A stretch of 64,000 nucleotides of DNA, from assembly GCF_902713615.1 (NCBI RefSeq), contig NC_052154.1:15811784-15875783 (forward strand). Reading direction: 5' to 3'. A program made the translations under genes and the position numbers. This stretch comes from Scyliorhinus canicula (taxonomy: Eukaryota). The first letter of the stretch is position 1, and each line of letters starts with the position of its first letter. Below, piece after piece: positions 51,453 through 64,000 of the stretch. The notes beneath the pieces were generated by a model. The model ran no database searches. It saw only the letters and a list, made by a program, of their open reading frames with translations, and was not told where the DNA came from.

Positions 51453-54400
51453 GAACTATACCCTTTTGCATAAGATCTCTTGTGAAGATAGGGAGTGCAT
51501 ACATTTGAAAGTCTATTTTTATGAGGTTCCCCTTGTGTAGGAGTAGAGCAATCAAGCTGGACTTTGCCCCTTGCAGTATTTGATCTGTTGATGATTGTCT
51601 AGATCCATATGTGCTTACTGGCATTGGTATAGGTATCCAAAAAGTGTTTGACATCCTTTAAACCATAGCCCTAATCCACTCATGATATCTCTGATTCCTC
51701 GATCCCATTCTGAATGAACCTTTAAAATGGACACTACGAAATCTAAAACTTCCCTCTTCCCTGCAATTTGGTTTGCATAAGATGGAAATATTGTGCCATT
51801 GCAGTTTGTTTTAAATGGCGTTGAGAAAGTGACAACGTAACCTAAGGCATTCCATTTCAGATGGAAGTTTCAGAAAAACGTTTCACTGGTCAATGGGCTT
51901 GCCACACATTTTTTAAAAAATAACCAAGAGATTTTATTCACTATATTTAGCAAATTGCCTCTTCGAAACGTCTACAATTTTACTTTCTCTCCATTTTTGC
52001 TTTTAAAATATTCTCCATCACTTATTTTCTTCCAACACTCTTCCTCCTGCAGTTGTCTCTGATTTTGTTGCTCCTACTATTTGTCTTCAGGATTCAAAAA
52101 GGCTACTTTTCCCATGACCAACTGGATTCTATCCCAGCTGGTGCCGCCTTTTTGATACTACAGTATGGTGAAATTCCAAGTTCTGTCAGTGTCAACCAGT
52201 CCAGTTTTTATAAATTGCAATGTCACGCACTAATAATTTTGGGATATCTAACCAAAGCTTCACAACAATGGACTTTACCTTTTTTAATGTAAATCCAAGG
52301 TAGTGGGTTTGATGTACATCTTCACATTTCCAGCCTGCTTCCTGTCAATCTCCTGTATTTTACAAGTGGATTGTTATCTAATGTTGAATATGTATTGATT
52401 TCAAATCTTCAATTGGGAAGAATGCATATATTATGAAGGTTGCATGCATTGTTTTCTCTAAAGAAAGCCTGTTGTGCTATCAGTGTGGTCGGACACATCT
52501 TCATTTGCTCTTGCTATATTCGGTTGCAGACATTTTGAAACCAAATCCATTCATTCTTTAATTGACAAGGCCAGATTCTTGGAAATGACTTCATAACCAT
52601 GTGTTAAGTTTAGGTGAGAATGCTAGTAAACTTTGGTTAAAATCCCTACTTTGAATATTATTTGGACTTGATTCACTTAGACAAGTTGCACTTGCCCATT
52701 TGTCAGTGGTGACTCCCATTTTGGGTAGGGAAGTAATGGGAATTTAACAGGCTTGCTCCACCAAACTAACCTCCAATTAATAGGTCGTTAAGAATAATCA
52801 ACAATGTGCTGCAAAGGTCATTCTCCATTTCTACCTAAGGGAAGCATACAAATAAGGGGTTTCATTTTGAGGAGAGTGAAGATTGGAGTGTTAAAATAGT
52901 CGGAACTCCACTTCACTTCAGTTTTAACCTAGAAGCTTGGGCTTTGGTTCGAATTTCTTGCCGATTATTTTTCCCTTTCGTATTCACTTGCACTTTGCCC
53001 ATTTGAGTTATTGCTTGCGCTTGATTATCCAAGATCTGGCACTGGGCTTAATTTGTGGATCTAGTTTAAAATAATTGAATATCTGCATAAGGGCTAGTTA
53101 ACTTCACAAGCTACAAAATTTCCATATCCAGTGATCACCGCTTGAGTCTGTTTCCCATAAGGAGATGTTTTGTTTTTTCAATGATTTGTTGCACTGTCTT
53201 GAGTGCAGTTTAAAACTGGAAACCAGCAAATACTTTGCATTTGGCAACTTTTTGTCCTGTGGCTGCCCAGTTCTTCACCCTTCATGTGAGGTTCATGTAC
53301 GTTTGTGAGACTCGGCAGTGAATGTTTGCTAACAGCTCATCCCTGTTCCTTCGCCACACATTTGTTTCCAGCAGCTAGCAAACTGCAATAAAAACTCGAC
53401 CAATTTTCTTTTTAAATCCTTGGGTGCAGAATCCTGGCCGAAATTACTCTCTGCACAGACTGGGGAATTCAACCTCGCTTTAAAAGTCTACACGTTTCAA
53501 TTACTTGATGTGTAAACTTGTTCAGATATTTGATAAACCGACTCACTAAAGGTGAAGGTCTAACTGGATTAATAAATAATATAGTCTCTCCTTGTTAAAG
53601 CTTTTCTACATGCAGTCCAAAGGAAATTTGTCAGCAGGACTGACATTCCAGCTTCCTTCTAATTTTGTTGGGGCTGAATTGAAGTCCAGTCTTGCTTGTG
53701 AAATTAGGAACCTGGCCCTCACTGTTCTCTTAAAGTATTGTTAAAAACTATTGACATTTATTTGCACAGTGTAATGTTTGATAGTTTTATGTAAATGTAA
53801 TAAATTTTTGTGGTTACTTCACATCTTAGTTTGTTTTGGTATTTCAGTTTATAGCTCAGCTTGTAATTTTTTTGTGCACATAGGATGTGAGCATCACTGG
53901 CAAGGCCAGCATTTATTGACCACCCCTATTAGGTACACCCACTGCACACAGGCTGTATGGACATATCAGGTCTGTATTTTTCTCCCGTAATCCAGAATAT
54001 ATTCTGGTGTAAGGTGTTCATACGAACATGTGTATTAAGAGCAGGAGTAAGCTAATTGAGCCTGTTCCACCATTCAATAAAATCGTGGCCGATAGTAATC
54101 TAAATGAAATTGAGAACTTCAGTACAAATGAAATTGAAGTTGTATATCATTAACAATGGGGCTCAAAATAAATACTTTGGGACACTATAGAATCGCTACA
54201 GTACAGAAGCAAGCCATTCAACCCATAGAGTCTGGACCGACCCTCTGAAAGAGCACCTTACGTAGGACCGTCTCCCCCCCCCCCCCCCCCCCCCCCCCCC
54301 GGCACACCCTCCTGAAACCTCACCTAACCTGCACATCTGTGGGAGGTACCTGGAGGAAATCCAGGCACACTGGCAGCACATGCAAACTCCACACACATTC

Positions 54401-56065
54401 GCTCAAGGCCAGAATTGAACTTGGGGCCCCTGGCGCTGAGGCAATCGAGCTAACCGCTGTGCCGCCATGCTGTCCAGTTTTTTTTTTCCAAAGGCAACTA
54501 GGGAGGGACGATAAAGCTGGCTTAGTACGTGATGCCTAAATCCCGTCAATTTTAAAATTCATCTGTGCCATCTGTTTCAACTACACAATATAGGAGCAAG
54601 TTCTTTTTTTTGGTCTTACACCAAAAAACATACCATGCAAATAGTGTTGAAACATGTGACCAAATTCTGGATATGGTTGCTTAAATCAGGATAAATCATG
54701 TATTCCAATCCCGAATGGCCTACTTCTGCTCCTATGTCTTACGATCTTTAACTATCATGTTGGGGTAAAAATGTTTGCATTGGAGGTAATGGTAACCATT
54801 CAACACATTTGAGGATCACATATCCAAGTTGAAGACCAGACATCAGCACTGCCAACACAGATTTTCATGTATTAGTTACAAGGTTTAATTTTTAAGAAAA
54901 TCAAATTGATTCATGATCTTCTGGGTATTGGCTGTGTCATCTGGAGTTGTCTTTGCATATTGGCCTTCTGAACACGTGGATCGAAATAGCATGGTTCCAA
55001 TCTATTGTCAGCTCCAGTGTTTAATGACTTCATAAGGGTTTAAATGCCTCAACATTCTCCCCTAATCATAATCTTTTAGTATTGTCACAAGTAGCACTGC
55101 CATACAGTTACTGTGAGAGTCCCTAGTCACCACATTCCGGTGCCTGTTTGGGTACACGGGGAGAATTCAATGTCCAATTCACCTAACAGCACATCTTTTG
55201 GGACTAGTGGGAGGAAACCCACGCAGACACTGGGAGAAAGTCCAGAATCCGCACAGACAGTGACCCAAGTGGGAATCGAACCAGAGACCATGGTGCTGTG
55301 AAGTAACAGTACTAACCATTGTGCTACTGTGCCGCCTACCTGTGGTATATCTCGGTAGAAAGACAGTTGCACAGTTGTTAGCACTCGCAGCCTCACAGCA
55401 CCAGGGACCTAGGTTCAATTCTGACCTTGAGTGACTGGAGTTTGCATGTTCTCCCCGTGTCTGCATGGCGTTGCTCCGGTTTCCTCCCACAGTCCAAGGA
55501 TATGTACGTTAGGTGGGATTACATGAAGTGGGCTAAGGGGATCAGTGCAGGCTAAATGGTCTGCTTCTGCACTAGGAATTCTATGGTTCTCAAAGGTGGC
55601 GGTGCGCTGCTTTCTTGCCGCCCCGGAGATTTGGGCACTCCCACCAGCATTTGAGGGAATGCTGGATGAGTACATGACAGAGAAAGGAATAGAAGGTCTG
55701 CGAATGAGATTTGATAATGAGGGGTGGGCACGAGGCACGTGTGGAGCATAAGCAGGAGCATAGGACGGTTGGACTGAGTGACCTGCTTCTATGCCTATAC
55801 TTTCTATGTAATCTATATAAAAGTTGTGAAATTTGACAAAGATGTGAATGGCAAAAGAGACCACACTTTTCAATTTGGATTCAGAAATTTTGGCATGTTG
55901 TATAACTTGCAGTCTCACTTTTAGATAGCTTTTCGCCTCCCTATGCACCCTTCTTTTCTCTTTTCCCCCACCCTGCCTTTCAGCATTCCAAAGGGACTGT
56001 TTTCTTTACAGCATCCTGGTGCCTGTTCTCCAGAAGAATATACAGAGACTTGAATCAATTCAAAT

Positions 56066-56825
56066 TGTGATAAAAATAAAATACTTATCTTTTGGAGGGT
56101 GGGAACTCCAATTCCCTGTGTGCTTTGGGCCTTTCGCATTTCTCCCAGCGGGAAATGGCTGAAATGCATGGTACATGCCTTATACATTTTTTTAGACCAG
56201 CAACCAACCTTGCACACCTGTGCAGAGTAAAATAAGTAGACTGGTGTGGAAAAACAGGTGAGGTGACCCAATATGGGATGCCATTGAGCTGAGTGTCCAA
56301 GGGAGCAAGTCACAGGAGGGTGACAGAGAAAAGTCCCAGGAAGGAATAAAGATTGGGATCCGAAAGGCCCCAGAAGAAGTTAAAAGAAAGGAGCAGAGCA
56401 ATTGGCTTCACGTTGGAGAGAGCCTTGTGAGAGTGAGAAAGAGAACGTTTCAGTGAGACTGGTTGGCTCACAGTGTGACAAATGTCTGGGTGGTGTCATT
56501 GAGAAATCCATGGAAGCGACTATGGTCGCAGCTATAATTTACTTTGGAGTGTGGTGTGTCTGACTACAGTCTGTCTAATTCACGTACCTCATCCTGAATG
56601 TTGTATGTATATGATAGATATTGTAAATGTTCTATTCTTCATTTGTATGTTTCTGTAAAGGTCTTGTTGAGATGAAGGAATAGTGAATATCTGAATCATC
56701 ATTTTGTGTTTGTATTGAGATTTTCCTGATCTTTTTGTCTGGTGTAATATTAATTTTGCTTGTTTAATATTTTATTCTTTGTGCTAAAAGTTCATCAGAC
56801 TTCAACATCAACTGGGATTGTAACA
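56066..56825 (+). mobile_element. Solo LTR related to 88-1203
   Basis: TGT...GTAACA; 3' end ctgggattgtaaca matches the reverse complement of the 88-end. Confidence 0.55.
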
Positions 56826-56947
56826 AAGTAAAGTGAAATTTTGGATTGTCAGGGAAATTATTTTTTTTAATTGTGAAAAATGTAATAGTTATAAATGCAA
56901 ATTGTAAAGTGTTTAGAAAGTAACTTTGTAGTGTAATATCAGTTAAT

Positions 56948-57013
56948 ACACACCTTTTTTTTCAAAGATCTATTTTTCTCACACACCTTTTTTTTCAAAG
57001 ATCTATTTTTCTC
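56948..57013. repeat. Tandem duplication of a 33-bp unit
   Basis: acacacc(t)ncaaagatctatttttctc twice. Confidence 0.9.
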
Positions 57014-57361
57014 AGTTGAAAGAAATTTTGTTGACATGAAACATTGTTAACATCAATTGGGTTGTTCTGAAACATTCCGCCGCTGGTGTGCATAGAATCC
57101 AGTGGGTGGTCTTCCCACCACGAACCACCTTGTAGTTCCAGAAATGTCCACTGCTCCCAGTGTTAAATTACTACAGGGCGGCCTTCTGGATTGTTGGTGT
57201 GCTGAACTCGTCCCCACCCCCTTACTCTCGCTAAGGGTGGGGCATGAGCACCTGATGGATCTGTATTTTAATATATTCGCCGCACTATATAGCATTCATA
57301 CAGAACTCAAGACTGAGCCCCTTGAGTAAAGTCAAGAATATCTTTATTTATGTCACGTTCA

Positions 57362-58459
57362 GACACTGAAAGATTTGTTTCTTTGGGGTTGGTTGCAGGA
57401 TTGAAGGAGCTGGAAGCGAAGTATGGGCTGGAGCAGGGGGAAATGTTTAGATAGATGCAGGTTCGAGATTTTGCCAGAAAGGAGATACAGAACTTCCCGG
57501 AGGAACCGGCCTCCACATTGCTGGAGGAGGTGCTGACGACAGGGGGACTGGAGAAGGGGGTAGTGTCAGTGGTTTACGGAGCTATTTTGGAAGAGGAGAA
57601 GGCACTATTGGAAGGGATCAAAGCAAAGTGGGAAGAAGAGTTGGGAGAGGATATGGAGGAGGGGTTCTGGTGTGAGGTGCTCCGGAGAGTGAATGCCTCC
57701 ACCTCGTGCGTGGGGTTGAGGCTGATATAGCTGAAGGTAGTGTACAGACTACACCTCACGAGGGCGAGGATGAGCCAATTCTTTGAAGGAGTAGAAGATG
57801 TGTGTGAACGTGGTAGGGGGGGCGCTAATCACGTTCATATGTTGTGGTCCTGTCCAAAACTAAAGGATTACTGGAAGGAGGTTTTTCGGGTAATTTCTAA
57901 AGTGGTGCACGTGAAACTGGACCAGGGCCCCCGGGTGACCATATTCGGGGTGTCGGACCAGCCAGGGTTGGAAACGGGTGCAGAGGCAGATGTTGTAGCC
58001 TTTGCCTCGTTGATCGCCGGAAGGCGGATCCTGATGGGATTAAGAGCAGCCTCTCCACCCTGTGCCTTGGTGTGGTAGGGGGGCTTGTTGAAATTCCTGA
58101 CTCTTGAGAAGGTGAAGTTTGAACTGAGGGGATGGATGGAGGGGTTCTACAATTCATGGGCATTATTCATCATGTACTTTCAAGAACTGGATAGCTTCGA
58201 ACATTGGTTGGGGGTGGTGGGTGGGAGGGTTGGGGGCAGCGTGTGTTGATGATGACTATGGGTGCTTCCTGATTCCTTTTTGTTGTTTGTTTATGTGAAC
58301 ATGCGGGCTACTGTTTGGGGTTTGGTGGGAGGATGGGATTGTTCTTATTGATATGGGGATTGACATATTTGTTACTGATTATTGTTTATTGTTGGTGGGT
58401 GTAAATTTGGGAGAAAATGTGAAAAAGGAGGAGAATAAAGAAATATATATTTTTTTTAA
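57362..58459 (+). mobile_element. 5'-truncated L1-clade LINE (ORF2 C-terminus and 3' UTR)
   Basis: IKAKWEEELG, CER...HMLWSCPKL..YW, GT-rich UTR, AATAAA near 58434; imperfect TSD ttatgtc..gttca. Confidence 0.85.
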
Positions 58460-59794
58460 TTATGTCGGGTTCAAAGTCTATTGATCAAGTCAAATTGTAT
58501 ACGAATACAGCATCCAAGAAGTTGTTTGTTCAACGCAAATACGATCGAATTGAATTTGGGATACAATTCAGTTTGCAAAATGCACGATACAAAACTGGAA
58601 CAAAAGTAGATAGCTGTTTGCAAAGCAAAGTAGAAATAAGTTTCCAAGGTTGGGTTAAAGATGAATTCAGAGAGAGAGCAAAAGTTATCTCCTGGTCTCT
58701 TAAAGAAATCATAATCCTTTTAGGCTCTATCCCCTTCCTAACTGATTGGGTTAAGATAATTATACTTTATTTAATTCGCTGAAATGTCTATCAAGTTTTA
58801 AGAGATAATATAGTCAGTCTAAACACTGACTTTCTTATAAGATGTTTCCCATGCTCTCAGCATTTTCTTCTGTTATGGCTAATATATATGATTTTTAATA
58901 GTAGAATGTCACTAAATCATTTCTTTCCTTAAACATTTATTACCTATAATAAAGTAGGTTTCCATCAGCATCCATAAAATTCAACCCATGTTTTTTCACC
59001 CCTGGCTGATTTTGAATTTGGCAAAAGGAAAGAACTTTACTGTCACATTTCACCCACGAATAAATTCATGTTGTTAACCGAGTAACATATTTTGGTGCAG
59101 CTCTCATTTGAAACAATAAATACAGTTCCATGTAATGTTGACAGCTCTGTTCTGCATTGAATGATCTCAAAAAATTAGGCAATTTAGTTGGCGGTTTTTA
59201 ACGTGTCTAAATTAAAAGAACTTAAATACAAGTACATCCCTTACAACTGAGTTTGAAAGAAGCTACAAGTTAAAATAGGAGCTAATGGAGGATGTAATAA
59301 CGATATCAAGTCTTAAAGACTTCCTGTTTCTGATATGTCAATCCAGATTTTCTGTTAATCCCAGATTTGGTGTTCATCTCAGTTTCATTTAAATTATTTA
59401 ATTTTCTGTGAGTTTAATTGTTTACCAAAATATTTATGTTTTGGACATATGCATTTCAGTGATGCAGTCAGTAAATGGACTGGAATTACATTTAAAAGTT
59501 GTATCCAGGTGAGTGCCAACAGAACATGATTTGTGTCAACTACCAGGCATCAACCTTGGCCCAGTGACGGCACCAGCTGAATCAGAGTTTTGGTTCAAGT
59601 GTCAGTGCAGAGACTTAGCACAAAACACCAATGCAGTACTGATGGGGACTTCTCTCTTTTGGATGAGAAATTAAACAAAATTGGAGGTAAATTATTCCAT
59701 GTCAGTATATTGAAGATGTGGAAATGCCTGCGTTGGACTGGGGTGAGCACAGTAAGAAGTCTTACAACACCAGGTTAAAGTCCAACAGGTTTGT

Positions 59795-59841
59795 TTCAAA
59801 CACTAGCTTTCGGAGCACTGCTCCTTCCTCAGGTGAATGAA
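59795..59841 (-). ncRNA. Minimal type I hammerhead ribozyme in a Penelope-like terminal repeat (~59715-59850)
   Basis: UUCA-UU-CAC CUGAGGA A GGAGC-AGU-GCUCC GAA AGCU A GUG-UU-UGAA: complete core, stems I and II, palindromic stem III. Confidence 0.7.
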
Positions 59842-60459
59842 GAGGTATGCACCTCATACTGTAAGACTTCTTACAGTATATTGAAGAGCTGCAAGGGAGT
59901 TTTCCTCATGGTTCTGGCCAATATTTATCTCCCATCCAACATAGCTAAAAGCAGATTATCCTTTTGCTGTTTGGAGGACTTTGCTGTGTGCAAATTGGCA
60001 ACTCTGTTTCCTTAATTGCAATAGTGACTACAAAAGTGTTTCATTAGATTAAAAACACTTTGGGACATGATGATGTTTGTATTTCAGGAGGTGCTGTGTG
60101 AATGAAGGTTGTTAAAAATTGTAATCCCTGTGGATCTTTGTGCATATCTGCGGTGATATATTATCACTCTGCTGTAGGGGTTGGGATCTAGTAATACAGA
60201 AAGGATTTGCAGCCAGGGTGATGAAATCAAAGCAACACTGCTGGAATAATACATTTTGGGGGTGGAGGGGAGAATTTGTTCTTGCAAATTCAGTGCGCAA
60301 ATATATATAAATGTGGTTTTGCATAGATATTTAAGTTGCCACTCGCAACGTTTTAAAATCTTCATTAACTAAAGTGGGTTCAGTGTGAGAAGGGTGGCTC
60401 AAGATGACATTATGACATAAGGGCAGAGATAATGAGACATGATGGAGTGGATCAATAAG

Positions 60460-60604
60460 GCAGCTGTGATTGACGTGGCGGTCAGCCAATTGGTGCGAAG
60501 GGGCGGGGTGGATGGTCGCAAGGGGCCAATGGCAAAGGGCGGGGAGGCGGGCCCGGGCTTGATTGACAGGAGCCCGGCCTGGACGGGAGCAGCAAGATGG
60601 CGGC
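60460..60604 (+). promoter_or_regulatory. ATMIN proximal promoter
   Basis: TGACGT 60471, CCAAT 60486 and 60526, GC boxes 60500 and 60537, TGATTGACAG 60560-60569, YY1-type AAGATGGCGGC over the ATG. Confidence 0.75.
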
Positions 60605-60845
60605 GTGCGCTGTGGGAGGGAGAGAGAGCGAGAGGCCGCTACCGCCTCCGGACGATGGCCAGAGGCCCCAACAGCCGACAACCGCCGCCGGCCAAGCCCC
60701 GAGCTACCAGATCATTAAGCCTTCGGTCAGTGAGCTGAGCCGGGAGGTGAGGACCAACATCCTCTGCACGGTGAAGGACTGCGGCAAAATCCTGCCCAAC
60801 AAGCCGGCCCTCAGCATGCACCTGGTCAAATCACACAGGGTTCAG
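60597..60845 (+). CDS. ATMIN: ATM interactor (ATMIN/ASCIZ) coding exon 1 with first C2H2 zinc finger
   Basis: 83 aa ending IIKPSVSELSREVRTNILCTVKDCGKILPNKPALSMHLVKSHRVQ, close to human ATMIN; Kozak AAGATGG; donor gtaggt at 60846. Confidence 0.96.
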
Positions 60846-60858
60846 GTAGGTACCAATA

Positions 60859-63800
60859 CTCTGTCCCCACACTGCCCTTCCCTCTGTCCCCACCCCCCTT
60901 CCCTCTGTCCCCACCCCACACTGCCCTCTGTCCCCCCCCCCACCCCCCCCCCTCTGTCCCACCCCCCCCCCCCTCTGTCCCACCCCCACCCCCCCCTCTG
61001 TCCCCCCCTCTGTCCCCACCCACCCCCCCCCCCTCTGTCCCCCCCACCCCCCCCCCTGTCCCCCTCCCCTCTGTCCCCCCCCACCCCCCCACCCCTCTGT
61101 CCCCCCCCACCCCTCTGTCCCCCCCCACCCCCCCCCCCCTCTGTCCCCCCCACCCCCCCCCCTCTCTGTCCCCCCCCACCCCCCCCCCTGTCCCCCCCCC
61201 CACCCCCCCCCTGTCCCCCCCCCCACCCCCCCCCCCCTCTGTCCCCCCCCTCCCCCCCCCTCTGTCCCCCCCCTCCCCCCCCCCTCTGTCCCCCCCCTCC
61301 CCCCCCCCTCTGTCCCCCCCCTCCCCCCCCCCTCTGTCCCCCCCCTCCCCCCCCCCTCTGTCCCCCCTCCCCCCCCCCTCTGTCCCCCCCCTCTGTCCCC
61401 CCCCTCCCCCCCCCCTCTGTCCCCCCCCTCCCCCCCCCCTCTGTCCCCCCCCTCCCCCCTCTGTCCCCCCCCTCCCCCCTCTGTCCCCCCCCTCCCCCCT
61501 CTGTCCCCCCCCTCCCCCTCTGTCCCCCCCCCTCCCCCCTCTGTCCCCCCCCTCCCCCCTCTGTCCCCCCCCTCCCCCCCCTGTCCCCCCCCTCCCCCCT
61601 CTGTCCCCCCCCTCCCCCCTCTGTCCCCCCCCTCCCCCCTCTGTCCCCCCCTCCCCCCTCTGTCCCCCCCCTCCCCCCTCTGTCCCCCCCTCCCCCCTCT
61701 GTCCCCCCCTCCCCCCTCTGTCCCCCCCTCCCCCCTCTGTCCCCCCCCTCTCCCCTCTGTCCCCCCCTCTCCCCTCTGTCCCCCCCCCTCTCCCCTCTGT
61801 CCCCCCCCTCTCCCCTCTGTCCCCCCCCTCTCCCCTCTGTCCCCCCCCCTCCCCTCTGTCCCCCCCCTCTGTCCCCCCCCACCCCACCCTCTGTCCCCCC
61901 CCCCCCCCCCCCCTCTGTCCCCCCCCCCCCCCCCCCTCTGTCCCCCCCCCACCCGTCCCCCCTCTGTCCCCCCCCCCCCCCCCTCTGTCCCCCCCCACCC
62001 CCCCCCCCTCTGTCCCCCCCACCCCCCCCCCTCTGTCCCCCCCACCCCCCCCCCCTCTGTCCCCCCCACCCCCCCCCCCCTCTGTCCCCCCCACCCCCCC
62101 CCCTCTGTCCCCCCCCCCACCCCCCCCCTCTGTCCCCCCCACCCCCCCCCCTCTGTCCCCCCCCACCCCCCCCCCTCGTCCCCCCCCACCCCCCCCCCTC
62201 TGTCCCCCCCACCCCCCCCCTCTGTCCCCCCCCACCCCCCCCCTCTGTCCCCCCCCACCCCCCCCCTCTGTCCCCACCCCCCCCCCCCTCTGTCCCCCCC
62301 ACCCCCCCCCTCTGTCCCCCCCACCCCCCCCCCTCTTCTGTCCCCCCCACCCCCCCTCCTCTGTCCCCCCCACCCCCCCTCCTCTGTCCCCCCACCCACC
62401 CCCCCCTCCGCTGTCCCCCCACCCCCCCTCCTCTGTCCCCCCCCACCCCTCCTCTGTCCCCCCCACCCCCCCTCCTCTGTCCCCCCCACCCCCCCTCCTC
62501 TGTCCCCCCACCCCCCCTCCTCTGTCCCCCCCACCCCCCCTCCTCTGTCCCCCCCACCCCCCCCTCCTCTGTCCCCCCCACCCCCCCCTCCTCTGTCCCC
62601 CCCCACCCCCCCTCCTCTGTCCCCCCCCACCCCCCCCTCCTCTGTCCCCCCCCCACCCCCCCCTCCTCTGTCCCCCCCCCCACCCCCCCCTCCTCTGTCC
62701 CCCCCCCACCCCCCCCTCCTCTGTCCCCCCCACCCCCCCCCTCCTCTCTCCCCCCCACCCCCCCCCCCTCCTCTGTCCCCCCCCCCCCCCCCTCCTCTGT
62801 CCCCCCCCCCCCCCCCCTCCTCTGTCCCCCCCCCCCCCCCTCCTCTGTCCCCCCCTCCCCCCCTCCTCTGTCCCCCCCCCCCCCCTCCTCTGTCCCCCCC
62901 CCCCCCCCCTCCTCTGTCCCCCCCCCCCCCCCTCCTCTGTCCCCCCCACCCCCCCCTCCTCTGTCCCCCCCACCCCCCCTCCTCTGTCCCCCCCACCCCC
63001 CCCTCCTCTGTCCCCCCCACCCCCCCCTCCTCTGTCCCCCCCACCCCCCCTCCTCTGTCCCCCCCCCACCCCCCTCCTCTGTCCCCCCCACCCCCCCTCC
63101 TCTGTCCCCCCCACCCCCCCCTCCTCTGTCCCCCCCACCGCCCCCCCTCTTGTCCCCCCACCGCCCCCCCTCTGTGTCCCCCCCACCGCCCCCCCTCTGT
63201 GTCCCCCCCACCGCCCCCCCTCTGTGTCCCCCCCACCGCCCCCCCTCTGTGTCCCCCCCACCTCCCCCCCTCTGTGTCCCCCCCACCCGCCCCCCCCCCT
63301 CTGTGTCCCCCCCACCGCCCCCCCCTCTGTGTCCCCCCACCGCCCCCCCCTCTGTGCCCCCCCACCGCCCCCCCCCTCTGTGTCCCCCCCACCGCCCCCC
63401 CCTCTGTGTCCCCCCCACCGCCCCCCCCCTCTGTGTCCCCCCCACCGCCCCCCCCCTCTGTGTCCCCCCCACCGCCCCCCCCCTCTGTGTCCCCCCCACC
63501 GCCCCCCCCCTCTGTGTCCCCCCCACCGCCCCCCCCCTCTGTGTCCCCCCCACCCGCCCCCCCCTCTGTGTCCCCCCCACCGCCCGCCACCGCCCCCCCT
63601 CTGTGTCCCCCCCACCGCCCCCCCCTCTGTGTCCCCCCCACCGCCCCCCCCTCTGTGTCCCCCCCACCCGCCCCCCCCTCTGTGTCCCCCCCACCGCCCC
63701 CCCCTCTGTGTCCCCCCCACCGCCCCCCCCTCTGTGTCCCCCCCACCGCCCCCCCCTCTGTGTCCCCCCCACCGCCCCCCCTCTGTGTCCCCCCCACCGC

Positions 63801-64000
63801 CCCCCCCTCTGTGTCCCCCCCACCGCCCCCCCCTCTGTGTCCCCCCCACCGCCCCCCCCTCTGTGTCCCCCCCACCGCCCCCCCTCTGTGTCCCCCCCAC
63901 CGCCCCCCCCTCTGTGTCCCCCCCCACCCGCCCCCCCCTCTGTGTCCCCCCACCGCCCCCCCTCTGTGTCCCCCCCACCGCCCCCCCCTCTGTGTCCCCC
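60859..64000 (+). repeat. C-rich minisatellite, about 20-nt units CTCTGT(C)n[A/T](C)n, in ATMIN intron 1
   Basis: Directly visible tandem array running to the window end. Confidence 0.97.

Noticed and set aside
52053-52292. 79-aa ORF as a CENPN C-terminal isoform
   Set aside because: It is phase 0 at the acceptor while the upstream CENPN donor is phase 1.
57053-57329. Overlapping 75-80 aa ORFs and a small hairpin
   Set aside because: No recognisable homology or supported exon structure.
60826-63978. Three ~1000-aa Gly-rich ORFs
   Set aside because: All three frames are open only because the minisatellite lacks stop codons; no ATG start, antisense to an ATMIN intron.
1-64000. CRISPR array or prokaryotic system
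   Set aside because: Spliceosomal genes and vertebrate TEs throughout; no repeat-spacer structure.

Overview
Eukaryotic, repeat-rich vertebrate DNA, almost certainly a shark/elasmobranch (HE1/V-SINEs, SacSINE1-like SINEs, CR1, Penelope ends). Manual splicing recovers three host genes in the same order as human 16q23.2: CMC2 (- strand, 3 coding exons, 75 aa, twin CX9C), CENPN (+ strand, 10 coding exons, 344 aa) and the first coding exon of ATMIN (+ strand). ATMIN exon 1 is followed by a >3.1 kb C-rich minisatellite that runs off the window. The rest is mostly nested mobile DNA: a decayed hAT transposase, solo LTRs, a Gypsy remnant, two L1 copies, CR1/RTE fragments, MITEs and >25 SINEs. Most notable non-routine observations: a U2-snRNA-headed short retroposon with a 16-bp TSD (4796-4998), an intact-looking minimal hammerhead ribozyme upstream of ATMIN (59795-59841, -), the stop-free minisatellite in ATMIN intron 1, an orphan promoter-like patch plus a CDK10-like fragment, and substitutions at the CENP-A-binding surface of CENP-N. 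No complete novel multi-gene system could be demonstrated. Homology calls rest on recalled reference sequences, not database searches, and most repeat boundaries are approximate.
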